A stretch of 64,000 nt of DNA from Eledone cirrhosa (Eukaryota), in NCBI GenBank assembly GCA_964016885.1, contig OZ024745.1, forward strand, positions 115,444,001 to 115,508,000. Reading direction: 5' to 3'. Position 1 is the stretch's first letter, and each line of letters begins with the position of its first letter. Made by a program: the position numbers and the translations under genes. Positions 13,650 to 28,072 of this stretch are shown here, one piece after another. The notes under the pieces are model-generated. The model was not told the DNA's origin. It did not search any database and saw nothing but the letters and a program-made list of their open reading frames with translations.

Positions 13650-13814
13650 AAAAAAGATGAAATCGAGAATGCAACTGGAGTCTTTTTTTTAAATATATTT
13701 ATTTGGTTCCTTTACCGGTTTCGCAATTCTTGTGCTTTTCAAAAGTAGAATTGAGATGGAGGGTTTGTGGTTTTCTCACATCTGGTTGGTGTTTGAATGT
13801 TACTTTAGATCCCA
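13646..13814 (-). mobile_element. Solo pLTR-like insert in (TA)n with U3-A8 HHR (13707-13750)
   Basis: ctt-TTGAAAA-gc acaagaatt gc-GAAA-ccgg-TA-aag; same family as 12660-12908. Confidence 0.7.
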
Positions 13815-13829
13815 TATATATATATATAC

Positions 13830-14113
13830 TTTACTTTAAAATTTGAACGAAATCGGTGGCAAAATGTGGGAGCTAGAGCCAAAAATCTTATTTTTCGATA
13901 CCTAAAAAAAGGTGACCCCCTATCGATTTTTATCTGCAGAATGACCCCGGAATAAATAAAAAACGATACGCTGATATATAGAAGACACTCCCTGATGACT
14001 AATCTACGAGCCTGTAAAGTTTCATGAAAATCGGTCGTAAGATGTTGGCCCCTATAGGTAATACACAGACACACAGACACACACACATTTAATTCTATAT
14101 ACATATATACAGA
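13830..14113 (-). mobile_element. Non-autonomous Helitron-like 5' fragment
   Basis: Minus strand starts TCtgtatatatgtatatag, then (TG/TCTG)n and accgattttcatgaaactt, typical of Helitron-derived repeats. Confidence 0.55.
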
Positions 14114-15129
14114 TAACAGTAAAATAAGTCTTTGTATCACTATTTCTATGACAGTAAATACATAAGTTTATACATATCTTAATTCTTTGGTGCAAGTGTG
14201 GGCGTAGTTTTTTTCTTTTAATTACCACAGGTAACATATGTTAATATGTTAAAACTATTCTGTTTGTTTATATACAAAACACATTAATATTATAAATGAA
14301 TGTGGTGTGCGTTTGGATTTTATGAATGAATGTAATGCATGCATGGATGTGTATATTCAGCATAACCATTTCAGCTGGTAAACATTTCAGTTCGTAAACA
14401 TTTTAAACATCCACTCCGTGGGTGATTAAGTATGTATATCTGTGTAGTGCCTGTTAGTGTGTCAGTCATGGTATTTACCGAGGGGTCGTTACTATTAACA
14501 AAATAGCCAGTTATAGAAAACGCAATCCTTTATTATAAGTCAGTGGTACGTATAGATGTAACATTGATTTGACAGCTCTCTAAATACTCTGAGAATGTCA
14601 ACGTATAATACTCATTTAGTCATTCGTGCAGTTATATAGACATATACTAGTATGGAGAGTAGAACTTGACATGGTTAGCCACCCTAGTTCTGGTGGTTGT
14701 GTACTTGGGGTAGTGTTCTTGGTGTGTGAGAAACATGTGAATTACAGAGATAGGGACATAGAGAAAGCGTGAGAAAGAGGTGGAGGCGGAGGAGGAGGAA
14801 AGAACGAGAGGGACAAATAATTAAAAACACAGATAGAGAGAAAAACATGCAGAGAGATATATGAAATTATATGTTTGATGTTTAATAGATCAGCTCTGAT
14901 GGAACTGACCAACGGTCAACAGTGTTCTACCTATGGTTATATCACTTTCTTCAGTCATTGGTCATTGATATCTAAAACTAAACGATCCTATTTATCTTTC
15001 TGCTTTTTAAAACTGGGAAACTTCGATTTTAGGAAGATGGCTGCTATCTCTAGCTAGTCGGGACCATTTAGAGGGCTGTCTCTTTGTGAGTGTATCAGTG
15101 ATTTACTGTCTTCTGTGTTACTTTGGGGT

Positions 15130-15244
15130 AACTACACACACATGATAAACATAGAAAACTATATACATACTTGTATAGACGCCCACACAGACACACACAC
15201 ACACTTATACATATATATAGACAAACACACACACACAGACATAT

Positions 15245-15286
<42 letters not shown>

Positions 15287-15334
15287 ATAAATATATACAT
15301 ACAAACACACGCGTGCACACAGACACACATACAA

Positions 15335-15365
<31 letters not shown>

Positions 15366-15450
15366 CAAACACGCGCGCACCCACACGCATACACACACAC
15401 TTATACATATATATATTCAAACACACGCGCGCGCGCACACACACACATTG
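15130..15450. repeat. Compound (CA)n/(TA)n microsatellite
   Basis: Direct reading. Confidence 0.9.
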
Positions 15451-15603
15451 CAAAACCCATCCATTCAGAGTTAACAAGAAGCTAGAACGATCCTCCTACA
15501 CACCTCAGCATAGTAACGTATGAATCAACCCACGCACAATCACGCCTGCACACATTTTTACCTGAAACACATTATCCAGATAACTATTCATCTATTTAAT
15601 TGT

Positions 15604-16210
15604 AATAATTGTTTCTAGTTTTAACACAAGGCCAGCAATCTGAAAAGAAACAGGAAAAATCGATTAAATCGACCCCAATGCGTTATTTCTACTTTATTTT
15701 ATCGATCTAACTTCGGCGAGATTTGAACTCAGAATTGAAAGGCCGCCACTATATTTTCAAAAGCTTCTTCTCCGACACACCACCGATACTCTAATCCACC
15801 ACCCTCTTGATAATAATAATTGTTTCTACTTTAGGCACAAGGCCAGAAATTACCCAGTGCATTACTGGTACTTTATTTTATCGACCTCGTAAGGATGAAA
15901 GGCAAAGTCAATAATAATAGTTTCTACTTTGAGCACAAGGCCTGCAATTACCCCCAGTTCATTACAGGTGCTTTATTTTATCGACCTCGTAAGGACGAAA
16001 GGCAAAGTAAACCTCGGCGGGATTTGAACTCAGAACGTAAAGGGCCACAACTCTATGTTGCAAAACATGGTGTCTGATACTCTACCGATACTGCCAATCC
16101 ACCGCCTCTTTAATAGTGATTTCTAGTATAAGCATTAGGCCAGTAATTTTAGGGAAGGGAAAGTCGATTAAATCGACCCCAGTGCGTTACTGGTACTTTA
16201 TTTTATCGAA
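15604..16210 (-). mobile_element. Cluster of about four tandem full/partial SINE copies
   Basis: Repeated gtttctacttt..cacaaggcc..tttattttatcgac..gaaaggcaaag..gatttgaactcag blocks. Confidence 0.85.
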
Positions 16211-16588
16211 ATTCTGATTTTATTGAGTATGAAGAGATCTGAAGTCTTAAAGAGGTGTAAATCATTACCATAAGTTATGTTCTGAAGCACTGCTGAAGTT
16301 TTATCCACTGTTGTATAGTTTTATGGTTAACACACTTAACAGCCGAATGAAGTTTTACATGGAAATGTAGACCGGCACATTACAGTGTCGTTTTATTAAT
16401 AGATGACATGATCCCGTAACACCTGATGAAGTCGTAGTGGCGCTGAATTGACTTACCGCGTTTCTTGGTCCTTTTTTAAACCTAATGCAGCCCAGTCTTC
16501 TATAGGTCTGATTACATACATACATTCATACATATAAATTATATATATATCTATATAGCTATGTATATATACATACATATCTCTCTCT

Positions 16589-16620
<32 letters not shown>

Positions 16621-16622
<2 letters not shown>

Positions 16623-16814
16623 CGAAGGAAATGTGGTAAGGAACCAGGTGGACCATAACGTACCAAAGTACTCAATACTTAGGGTAGTAGAGTGGGTAAT
16701 AGGAACGAGTAGGACCCCGACGGCTGAGCTCAAGCCGTTTCGACGGCTAATTCTGGACTCAATTAGCCGTCGAAACGGCTTGAGCTCAGCCTTCGGGGTC
16801 CTACTCGTTCCTAT
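16621..16814 (-). mobile_element. Fold-back PLE pLTR-like cassette in (TA)n
   Basis: About 54-bp near-perfect arms 16699-16752 and 16761-16814 with 8-nt loop; homologous to 54750-54883. Confidence 0.7.
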
Positions 16815-16823
16815 ATATATATC

Positions 16824-16858
<35 letters not shown>

Positions 16859-17654
16859 ATATATATATATGCATATGTGTGTGTGTATGTTCGTGCGTAT
16901 GTATTTACGTACATATATGTGTATGCATATATATACACGCATAAATAGATATATGTATGTGTTAGTTTGGATGTGTTTGTATATATTAATGGAATACAAG
17001 ATGCCCACCAAGTATGTATTAAAACTTCTTCCTTTCTAAGAAATCGTGATGTTTCGTTATGCGAAAGTAAGCAAACTATCAGTAAGAAAAAAATTTGCAT
17101 CTCCAAAATATTCTTTTTGATACGAATTTAGTCACATTTGCACGTTTGTTACTCGCATCAATTTTTTACGAAGTTACAAATCCATAAGATAATTCTGTCC
17201 TTCAATCGACTGAATAAAAACGCTACCAATAAGTAAAAAGTATTGCGTTTGATGTTATGGATGGATAGATAGATACGGCCACACGCTGACAAATGGGGAA
17301 AAAACGATAGAGAAAAGTATAGAAGTCAAACCAGATCAGTGCTATTTATAGGTAGCCATACATGCATTCAATTGACATTTCAGTCATGCTTTTCCCTACT
17401 GTAGCAAATACAATTTTCTGTATCTTCACTTAGTGATTTAACGATTAATACTTCAACAAATATTGGTGGGTTTACATAAGCGCCGATGAGCGTCATCAAA
17501 AGCGAAAAATAACCAGAGTTATCTACCGTGCTTGTCAATGAATAAATAACATTGGTCAGAAACAAAGATAATTTTTTTCTAACTATATATCTTATTTTAC
17601 TTTGGCCTTTTAATCTTGGTAACTGCAAATATACTTTCATCTACTTGATAAATA

Positions 17655-18222
17655 CGAGGGCAATCCCAAAAGTAAGGTCTCCAAAGCGATTGGGACGCAG
17701 AGAAACTGTTCGTACGGTTGTTGGCAACACTGTTGTGATTGGTGCTTCCTTCACTCCCAAACAAGCATGCGCGCGCTTCGCTGGGAATCTCAATCTTGGC
17801 TTGGCAGCCGTTGAGAATGGAGCTCCCGTTGAACGCTACCGCCAATTGCGAAGTTCGCGCAGTTATTCGGTTTTTGAACGCAAAAGGCGTTGAACCGATT
17901 GAAATTCATCGCCAATTGACGGAAGTCCATGGACAGTCGTGTATGGATGTCAAAAACGTTCGCAAGTGGTGTAGAGAGTTTACAGCCGGTTGTACAGAAA
18001 TTCACGACGAACAAAGGAGCGGGAGACCGTCAATTTCCGACGAGACAGTCGCAATTTTTCCGTTAAAATCCTGTGGATGGTGCTTCGAGAAACCTCAGGA
18101 ACCAAAATGCAGAGAACATCCAGAGTGATCCGCCGATCTTTACGCATGTTTTCCTCAACCTTTGCGACTGTATCGTCGGAAATTGACGGCCTCCCGCTCC
18201 TTTGTTCGTCGTGAATTTCTGT
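17655..18222 (+). mobile_element. mariner 5' fragment (TIR + HTH domain) with inverted duplication
   Basis: TA-cgagggcaatcccaaaagt TIR; RAVIRFLNAKG..EIHRQL..VRKWCREF..DEQRSGRPS. Confidence 0.9.
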
Positions 18223-19940
18223 ACGACCACTGTTGGGTGGCGTTGATGGATATCAAATCCAAAGATTTACCAGATAGCTTCATTGCTGGAGATGTATCGA
18301 CCTGTTTGATACCATTTGACCTCATCCAGCCCACCATCATTGAGTTCTTTGTCAGTAATAAAGGTAGCGATGTCTCTGCCCTTGTTGATATATTTTGTGA
18401 TACATAGGATTGCCTTGACGGAGCTGTAATACTCAACATTGATATGAGCTTTTAAAAGTTTACACAACAATTTGTTGTGTGGGACGACCTACTAATTGTT
18501 TATGGTCAGCTCCTCTCCTCGAACTGTTAGGCTTGCAGTATTGCCTCCATGTTCTTGTCTACGCCTACGATAAAGGGGGTATCCATTATTGTCAGTCCGA
18601 GTTTCCCGAATAAAAGCTCTAGGATAATGTTTGCTGCATTTTTTATCTTTCATGCAGGGAGAGGCTGGATTGATGACTCCACATGGACCATGAATGAGTT
18701 TGGACTTGATAGTTTCAAAGAGCTCTGGATCACCACCTTTATCAGGCAACTCTGCTGAAATAATCTTATCAAAATCATCTGGTCTTATCTTCTCCTTGCA
18801 CCAGATTAGTGTGTGAGATTGAACAAAACCTCTCTTCTGCCACTCAATGGTGGTCATCCAAGCACTAAGTACACCAAATATTCTTCCTACTTTTAGGAGC
18901 CAGATGAGTTGTTTTTTTTTTGCTTTTCATGGAAATCCCGAGCGATGAGGTCATATCGATCCTTTGGTTTTTGATTTTGAAATAATTCATTTGATATTTC
19001 TGACCAGTTTGAATTGCATGTATATGTAATGATTAGATCTGGCTGACCAAATTTTCTGACATAGGCCATTGCATCTTGCGTACGTGATCCTCCCGTGAAG
19101 CTTGATGGCAGTATGATTGGCTGGCCAATATTTCTTGGGTCAACATCAGAATTGTTGGCATATCTAAGGTGGATGTAGTTATCTGCCCTCAACTTAGTTT
19201 GATTCCTTCGCAGAAAACCCAATCTTTCTGTTTCAATTTTGGCATACATGTCCACCATGAAGTCGCTGGTTACTTCTTTGAATCGCAGAACTTGGTTGAA
19301 GTGATCACGTACCATGAAATGATAAGCATAGAATTCTTTGCAGCTGATTGATTGGCCAGTTTCTTGTCCCGTTCCTGGGCTGATCTGCCGTAGCTGAAAA
19401 TGATATCCATCTTGACCATTCCAAAAGATGAGCGGATATTGGAGTGAATCATAGGCTCTATGAGTTTCACAAATTCGCTCCAAATGTCCACTTCGTTTTT
19501 GCAAAACAATGTCACGTCGTTCATGCTGTTCATCAACCATTATGATTGCAACTTCATCAGTGACAGGTGCATTGAATCTGCGTTCATGTTCTGAAGCGGG
19601 GCGTTTGTCTGCCCTAATGATGATTTTACGATCTCTAGTGGTGTTCATATGCTCCAGTGCATATTTAAATACACTGACGTACATCTGATGTCGGTGAAGC
19701 ATTTCTTGTAACTTTATAAATATGGAGAACTGCAATCCACCATGGACATTGGTACATCTTTGTTGTGCCTGTGTTTCATTTCCACCCATGAAGTAAACCT
19801 GCACAAATGTGTGAGGCTCCTGTGAAAGTGGCAGAAGGCCACCCATTAAGTGGTAACACTGTCCCTGAATTTTATAAGTTGTACAGAATCTAAAGTCAGT
19901 CACATTCCTGTCAGCCCCAAAAGATGTCATTTGTAATCAG
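18223..19940 (-). mobile_element. Helitron RepHel (Rep/HUH region) pseudogenised fragment
   Basis: YKIQGQCYH, RRFNAP, YDSLQYPL, ILPSSFTGGSR, IEWQKRGFVQSH, IHGPCG, GYPLYRRR, AHINVE motifs; frameshifts. Confidence 0.93.
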
Positions 19941-20479
19941 TAAAGTAAATCCACGATACACTTAAAAAAGACAATATTATATATAAAATGCATTATGTTG
20001 AAATGTAATTAAAACGAAAAAGGAGAAAATAAGCGACAGAAATATAAACTTTATCATATAACGATGTAAATATATGAACGTTTATATAAGCGATATGATG
20101 TAGCGTACGTTATATCATAAACGGAAGTGTTGACATTTGAACATTTTAAAAGAAATGATTCTTAAAATAAGAAATCATTATATATAAGAATATTTATGTT
20201 TAATCAACAGTTACTGAATAGTCAGTGTTATTGTCTTTTAAAGACAAAATTAATTCTGATAGTGAGGTTGAGAATTTTTTGTCCGATCGAGTATGTTTAT
20301 GATTATACCAACGGTCCTTAAATTTTGAAGAAGTAGCTCATGAATATAATCTATCTCTAGTTTTTATGGTGCATTTGTATACTAAATTTCTATCAAGGCA
20401 ATTATTCTGTAAAAGGCATAAGATGTTATTTCTGCAATTACATGTTCTTATATTGTTATTTAGAGATACCGTATGCTTT

Positions 20480-20606
20480 CTAGCATAGTTACATCCCTTT
20501 GCAGTCTGAGTTCAAATCCCGCCGAGGTTAACTTTGCCTTTCATCCTTACGGGGTCGATAAAATAAAGTACCTTGATGACCTTGTGCCTAAAGTAGAAAC
20601 AATTAT
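20480..20606 (+). mobile_element. SINE partial copy
   Basis: gagttcaaatcccgccgaggttaactttgcctttcatccttacggggtcgataaaa. Confidence 0.85.
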
Positions 20607-20898
20607 TTATGCATTCGCTATTATTATTATACGTAATGTTATTAACTATATTGTTATTGTTATTTGAGTTTACTTCGGTTGAGTTTCATTTTAAATTCCT
20701 ATTATTAATTCTAGCAATATTTTGGGCTATATTCATAGTAGTAGAGTAAGAGAGCTTGACTGTATGTCTGTTAAAAATGGAGTGATACTTATGGGACTTA
20801 GGAAAACATTTATCTAGAGCCTTAAAGAATTGGTGTGCTAAAGGTGTTTTAATTCCTAATGAAATTAGGAGAATACCAAATTATATTTCTTGTTCTGG

Positions 20899-20944
<46 letters not shown>

Positions 20945-20945
20945 A

Positions 20946-20983
<38 letters not shown>

Positions 20984-21398
20984 AAAAGAATGAAACGAAA
21001 TTTCATTTCTCACTCTTAGTACGGCTGATACTTAAATATACGTATGTATACGTACATACATATATGTATACAGACGTACAGTAGTATGTATGTATATACA
21101 TACATGCACACATATATATATGTACGTATGGATTTACCGAACATTTATTATAATGTTCGGTTTGTTTGTAAACAAACAGCCCGATTTAAGCCGTACAGTG
21201 TTCGGCAAACATCGTTGCCCCCTTTTGTTCAACACTGACAAAGGATCGATGAACTAGTTTCAAGCTCTTATTAGCTATCGTCAGCATCGTATACCTTCCT
21301 GTCAGATGATTGAATGTTTGAAAGTATATACTTTCCTTATGTATATTAACGGCTGAGCAGCCTAATTTGCATATCGAGTGAGTTAGTCGGCCGTGGGT

Positions 21399-21606
<208 letters not shown>

Positions 21607-21964
21607 CTTAAACATCACCACGATATGTGTAAGAGCGTATAATCAATGATTTCAAGAAATATAATTCTTGATCAAAACGATGAAAGGTAAAGTGGAATCA
21701 CAGCAGGATCTAAATTCAGACTACCAAGATACGTAACAAAATACTACTGAAAATTTTGTTTGATGTCCTAGAGTGACATACTAAACACATTCTTCCACTT
21801 ACACATGCACAGACGCACACATACACACACACATACATACATATGTATATGTTTGTACATATCTCTAATAATTTTTCACTGATATCATTCAACTCACTTT
21901 GGCCATAATGAGGTCCCACCATTGAACAACATATTTCAATATTTTTACATGATACAGAACTCAA

Positions 21965-22820
<856 letters not shown>

Positions 22821-22987
22821 TGTGTATATGGCATACGACAAGTAGAAAACGAATACGGTAGATATAAATGGAGAGATCAGGAATACAAGAAGAGTACTGC
22901 AATTTTCTTTGTGAAACAATTCTGGTTACTGTCTAATCAAGAGATATGATGAACATTTCCTGTTTTCAATAAAAGACCTGGATTGGA

Positions 22988-23512
22988 AAACATGATAGAA
23001 CAAAATGAGACGGTGTAACATGACAGAACAAAGTGAGACGGTGTAACATGATAGAACAAAATGAGACGATGTAACATAACAGAACAAAATGAGACGTTGT
23101 AACATGACAGAACAAAATGAGACGGTGTAACATGACGGAACAAAATGAGACGTTGTAACATGACGGAACAATATGAGACGGTGCAACATGACAGAACAAA
23201 ATGAGAGGTTGTAACATGACAGAACAAAATGGGACGGTGTAGCATGACAGAACAAAATGGGACGGTGTAACATGACAGAACAAAATGAGACGGTGTAACA
23301 TGACGGAACAATATGAGACGGTGCAACATGACAGAACAAAATGATACGTTGCAACATGACAGAACAAAATGAGCCGTTGTAACATGACAGAACAAAATAA
23401 GACGTTGTAACATGACAGAACAAGACGAGACGGTGTAACATGACAGAACAAAATGGGACGGTGTAACATAACAGGACAAGACGAGACGGTGCAACATGAC
23501 AGAACAAAATGA
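22988..23512. repeat. 28-bp minisatellite, about 19 copies
   Basis: Unit CATGACAGAACAAAATGAGACGGTGTAA. Confidence 0.95.
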
Positions 23513-23611
23513 GGTTTTAAAAAACATCCATAAAAAGAGAAAAAAGAAAAATTAAGAAAAAGAAATCACTGATTACTTAGGGCATCTAACGGTACATCTT
23601 TTAGTAAATAG

Positions 23612-23766
23612 ACTACTAATACTACTACTACTACTATTACTACTACTACTGCTGTTGCTGCTGCTGCTGCTGGTGCTGTTACTACTGCTGCTGCTGCTGC
23701 TGCTGCTACTACTACTACTGCTGTTGCTGCTACTACTATTACTACCATCACCACCACCACCACCAT

Positions 23767-23850
<84 letters not shown>
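23612..23850. repeat. Compound trinucleotide repeat (CTA/CTG/CCA)n
   Basis: Direct reading. Confidence 0.93.
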
Positions 23851-23914
23851 TTGCCACCAACAATTACTATCGGAATTACAATAGAAATAAATCAGCACAT
23901 ACGCATAAACATAG

Positions 23915-23930
23915 GCATACACACACACAT

Positions 23931-23997
<67 letters not shown>

Positions 23998-24089
23998 TGT
24001 GTGTGTGTGTGTATGTGTGTATACATACACAAGCACATATACATAGATATACATATACATTCATACGTATCTGTGCGTGTTTGTGTATG

Positions 24090-24145
<56 letters not shown>

Positions 24146-24778
24146 GGCGGGCGTGTGTGTGAGGATGTGGGTGTATACATACACACGCACATATGCATAG
24201 ATATACATACACATTCATACATGTGTGTGTGTGTGTTTGTGTGTATGTATAAGTGTGTGTGTTTGTGTGTATGTATGTGTGTGTCAGTGTGTGTGTGTCA
24301 GTGTGTATGTGTATGTGTGTGTATGTGTGTGTATGTGTGCATGCGTATGTGTGTGTGTGAGTGAGTGTGTGTCTGTGTCTGTGTGTATGTGTGTGTGTCT
24401 GTGTCTGTGTGTGTCTGTGTCTGTGTGTGTGAGTGTGTGTGTGTGTGTATGTGTGTATGTGTATGAATGTGTGAGTATGTGTGTATGTGTGTGTGAGTGT
24501 GTGAGTGTATGTGTGTATGTGTATATGTTTGTTTGTGTGTGTGTATGTGTGTGTGAGTATGTGTGTATGTAGTGTGTGAGTGTGTGAGTGTATGTGTATG
24601 TATTTGTATGTGTGTGTGAGTATGTGTGTATGTAGTGTGTGAGTGTGTGAGTGTATGTGTATGTGTTTGTTTGTGTGTGTGTATGTGTGTGTGAGTATGT
24701 GTGTATGTAGTGTGTGAGTGTGTGAGTGTATGTGTGTATGTGTATGTGTTTGTTTGTGTGTGTGTATGTGTGTGTGTT
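23915..24778. repeat. (TA)n and degenerate (TG)n microsatellite block
   Basis: Direct reading. Confidence 0.93.
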
Positions 24779-24840
24779 CGAGAGATGGAGAGAGTGAGAG
24801 TTGATATAAAAACTGTGACCAAGTGATTCTCCGCTAGTCA

Positions 24841-26221
24841 ATAACACTACAGTACTTGACTATGGTGGTGGTGGGATAACACTACAGTACATGACTGTGG
24901 TGGTGGTGGTGGTGGGATAACACTACAGTACTTGACTATGGAGGGTGGTGGGATAACACTACAGTACTTGACTATGGAGGTGGTGGTGGTGGGATAACAC
25001 TACAGTACTTGACTGTGGTGGTGGTGGGATAACACTACAGTACTTGACTGTGGTGGTGGTGGGATAACACTACAGTACATGACTGTGGTGGTGGTGGGAT
25101 AACACTACAGTACATGACTGTGGTGGTGGTGGGATAACACTACAGTACTTGACTGTGGTGGTGGTGGTGGTGGTGGTGGGATAACACTACAGTACATGAC
25201 TGTGGTGGTGGTGGGATAACACTACAGTACATGACTGTGGTGGTGGTGGTGGGATAACACTACAGTACATGACTGTGGTGGGTGGTGGGATAACACTACA
25301 GTACTTGACTGTGGTGGTGGTGGGATAACACTACAGTACATGACTGTGGTGGTGGTGGGATAACACTACAGTACTTGACTGTGGTGGTGGTGGGATAACA
25401 CTACAGTACTTGACTGTGGTGGGTGGTGGGATAACACTACAGTACATGACTGTGGTGGTGGTGGTGGGATAACACTACAGTACATGACTGTGGTGGGTGG
25501 TGGGATAACACTACAGTACTTGACTGTGGTGGGTGGTGGGATAACACTACAGTACATGACTGTGGTGGTGGTGGTGGGATAACACTACAGTACATGACTG
25601 TGGTGGGTGGTGGGATAACACTACAGTACTTGACTGTGGTGGTGGTGGGATAACACTACAGTACATGACTGTGGTGGTGGTGGGATAACACTACAGTACT
25701 TGACTGTGGTGGTGGTGGGATAACACTACAGTACTTGACTGTGGTGGGTGGTGGGATAACACTACAGTACATGACTGTGGTGGTGGTGGGATAACACTAC
25801 AGTACTTGACTGTGGTGGTGGTGGGATAACACTACAGTACTTGACTGTGGTGGGTGGTGGGATAACACTACAGTACTTGACTGTGGTGGTGGTGGGATAA
25901 CACTACAGTACATGACTGTGGTGGTGGTGGTGGGATAACACTACAGTACATGACTGTGGTGGTGGTGGGATAACACTACAGTACATGACTGTGGTGGTGG
26001 TGGTGATGGGATAACACTACAGTACATGACTGTGGTGGTGGTGGTGGTGGTGGTGGTGGTGGTGGTGGTGGTGGTGGTGGTGGTGGTGGTGGTGGTGGTG
26101 GTGGTGGTGGTGGTGGTGGTGGTAGAGGTGGTGGGATGGTGAGATGGTGGTAGTGGTGGTGGTGGTAGAGGTGGTGGGATGGTGAGATGGTGGTAGTGGT
26201 GGTGGTGGTGGTAGTGGTGGT
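24841..26221. repeat. Minisatellite with constant core and variable (GGT)n, roughly 30 units, running into (GGT)n
   Basis: Unit GGGATAACACTACAGTAC(A/T)TGACT(GTG)n. Confidence 0.95.
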
Positions 26222-26708
26222 CCAGCGTTAAGACACTAAAGAGATAAGGCAGAGCACATCCTTGTCGCAGTTAAATACTTGTATTTTGCTTATAGTTCTC
26301 CAACATGAATGTTTTTCTTGCATATCACTGTCGGCCATCCACTTGGGAAAGGTGTAATGTATTGGGTGGCTAAGTATGAAATTTGTAGAAGGAAAATAGT
26401 TGACCATATGCCTCACTACACATTTCATACTTGACGACCCAATAAATTGTGTTAAAGAGTTTCCGCGACGTGGCATTTATTCGTCAGTTGAGTATTTCAG
26501 CACTGGCATTACAACTGTCTATTGTAACACTTTAGTTCTTGAAATATATATCCTGTTCAATACAGATTAAATAGTGATTTGAAAACAAATTTTAGGAAAT
26601 ATGAAAGTGAGGCTGAAAAAAACGGGCAAAAAAGGAATTAGGAGAAAAAATATATAAATAAATATCCAGAACATAAACATACACACACTCAACAACGCGC
26701 ATATACGT

Positions 26709-26972
26709 AATAGTATTTAACTAATGTATTGGAACGCGATGGGGCCCACCCACAGCCCCGGCGGATAGAATGGAGAAGGCGTTTCCCCGGAGGACGGCAA
26801 GGCAGACACGCTGGAAAAGCCACTCCAACTCGCGGGGCTCACACCTGCGGCTGGCCAGCTCAGCGCCTATGGTGGTGAGTAAGGGGGTAGCCCTGGAGCC
26901 GAGGACACCAGAAGTTTCCACTGCCAGGGGAACGACCCTAAACCTGTCGGAGAGCGACCGGTATTGAGGTTC
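26709..26972 (-). mobile_element. CRE-clade LINE 3' fragment
   Basis: VPLAVETSGVLG..LEWLFQRVCLAVLRGNA; 3' end nearly identical to 54300-54361. Confidence 0.85.
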
Positions 26973-27726
26973 TTGAAATTAAGATTACATTTCTCTTATA
27001 TTTTACCTCGTCGGGTAAATATTTTTGAATGATTTCATTCAAAATATGATGGTTGTATCTTTTCTGCCTCAGTTTCAAGTATTTTCTTTCATTTCAGGTT
27101 TTTTTAATTCATTTTCAATCAAGATGTTCTTATGTATCTTTTAATTCACTGGAACCCAATTCTATTCTTATGTCATCTATTCTAATGTCAAGGTAAACGC
27201 TTAGAATGTTGGGATAATGTCTCCGTTGTTGTTTGAACATAAAAACAGTTTCAAGCCGTATAAATTTTAGTAGAGTTAAGTAGGCTTCTATTCCTTTTAA
27301 AGCTTAATATTTTTACATTTGAGAATAAATTCACTTACGTTACCGTTGCCCATGTGGCACAGAAACAGATTTTCTTTTAAAATTATATCACTTAATTGTA
27401 TTTTATCTTTTTTACGGGTGGTTTTAACATCAACCTTCTTGCCAATTAGCCTCTTTTGTAAATATAATGTTTGCTAATATATATAATACACCTACACACA
27501 CACGCGCGCGCATACATAAAACGCACACATATTATGATATCTTATGTTTTCCTATAAACTATCTATGCAGTTACACGTTGTTTTCCAATGAAGCTTTCCT
27601 TTAACATTTCGCTCTAAAACTCCTTTTGTATATTGTTTCTGCTTGACATAATATCTATTTGCAGTAGTATTATTGTAGGTTCCTGTATATATATATATGT
27701 GTGTGTGTGTGTGTATATATATATAT

Positions 27727-28040
27727 TAGGTTAACGCTTGATATAGCAGGAAGAGGGTCTTAACGTTTCGGACGTTAGTCCTTCGTCTGAAGAAAGAATG
27801 AGAAATAAGATAGATTGAAGGGACGGGCGGGATGGAATTGGAAAAAATGTCTTTAGATAAAAATAACAGGTCCATTCATGTTGACATCTCTTGCAAAACT
27901 GTTGGTGCTGGCGTTTTGTGTATGATTTGTTTTTTAGAAAAGTGGATGATGGAGCGCGTTAACCACCAAGGCCTTTGCCATTCAGATTGGGACTAGCTGT
28001 TAAAACGGCAAGCGCTCAGCCGTCGGCGCCGTGACTTATT
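27727..28040 (-). mobile_element. PLE pLTR-like insert between (TA)n arrays with minimal HHR (27758-27794)
   Basis: tctt-CAGACGA-AGGACTAACGTCC-GAAA-CG-TT-aaga; core has A at position 4. Confidence 0.7.
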
Positions 28041-28041
28041 A

Positions 28042-28072
<31 letters not shown>

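Noticed and set aside
16420-16466. CTGATGAAGTC hammerhead-like start
   Set aside because: No correctly oriented GAAA or stem III downstream.
22926-23527. Cys/His-rich ORFs of 167-196 aa
   Set aside because: Translations of a 28-bp tandem repeat, open in all three minus-strand frames.
24841-26040. CRISPR-like array (constant repeat plus variable spacer)
   Set aside because: Spacers are only (GGT)n length variants, there are no cas genes, and the context is eukaryotic.
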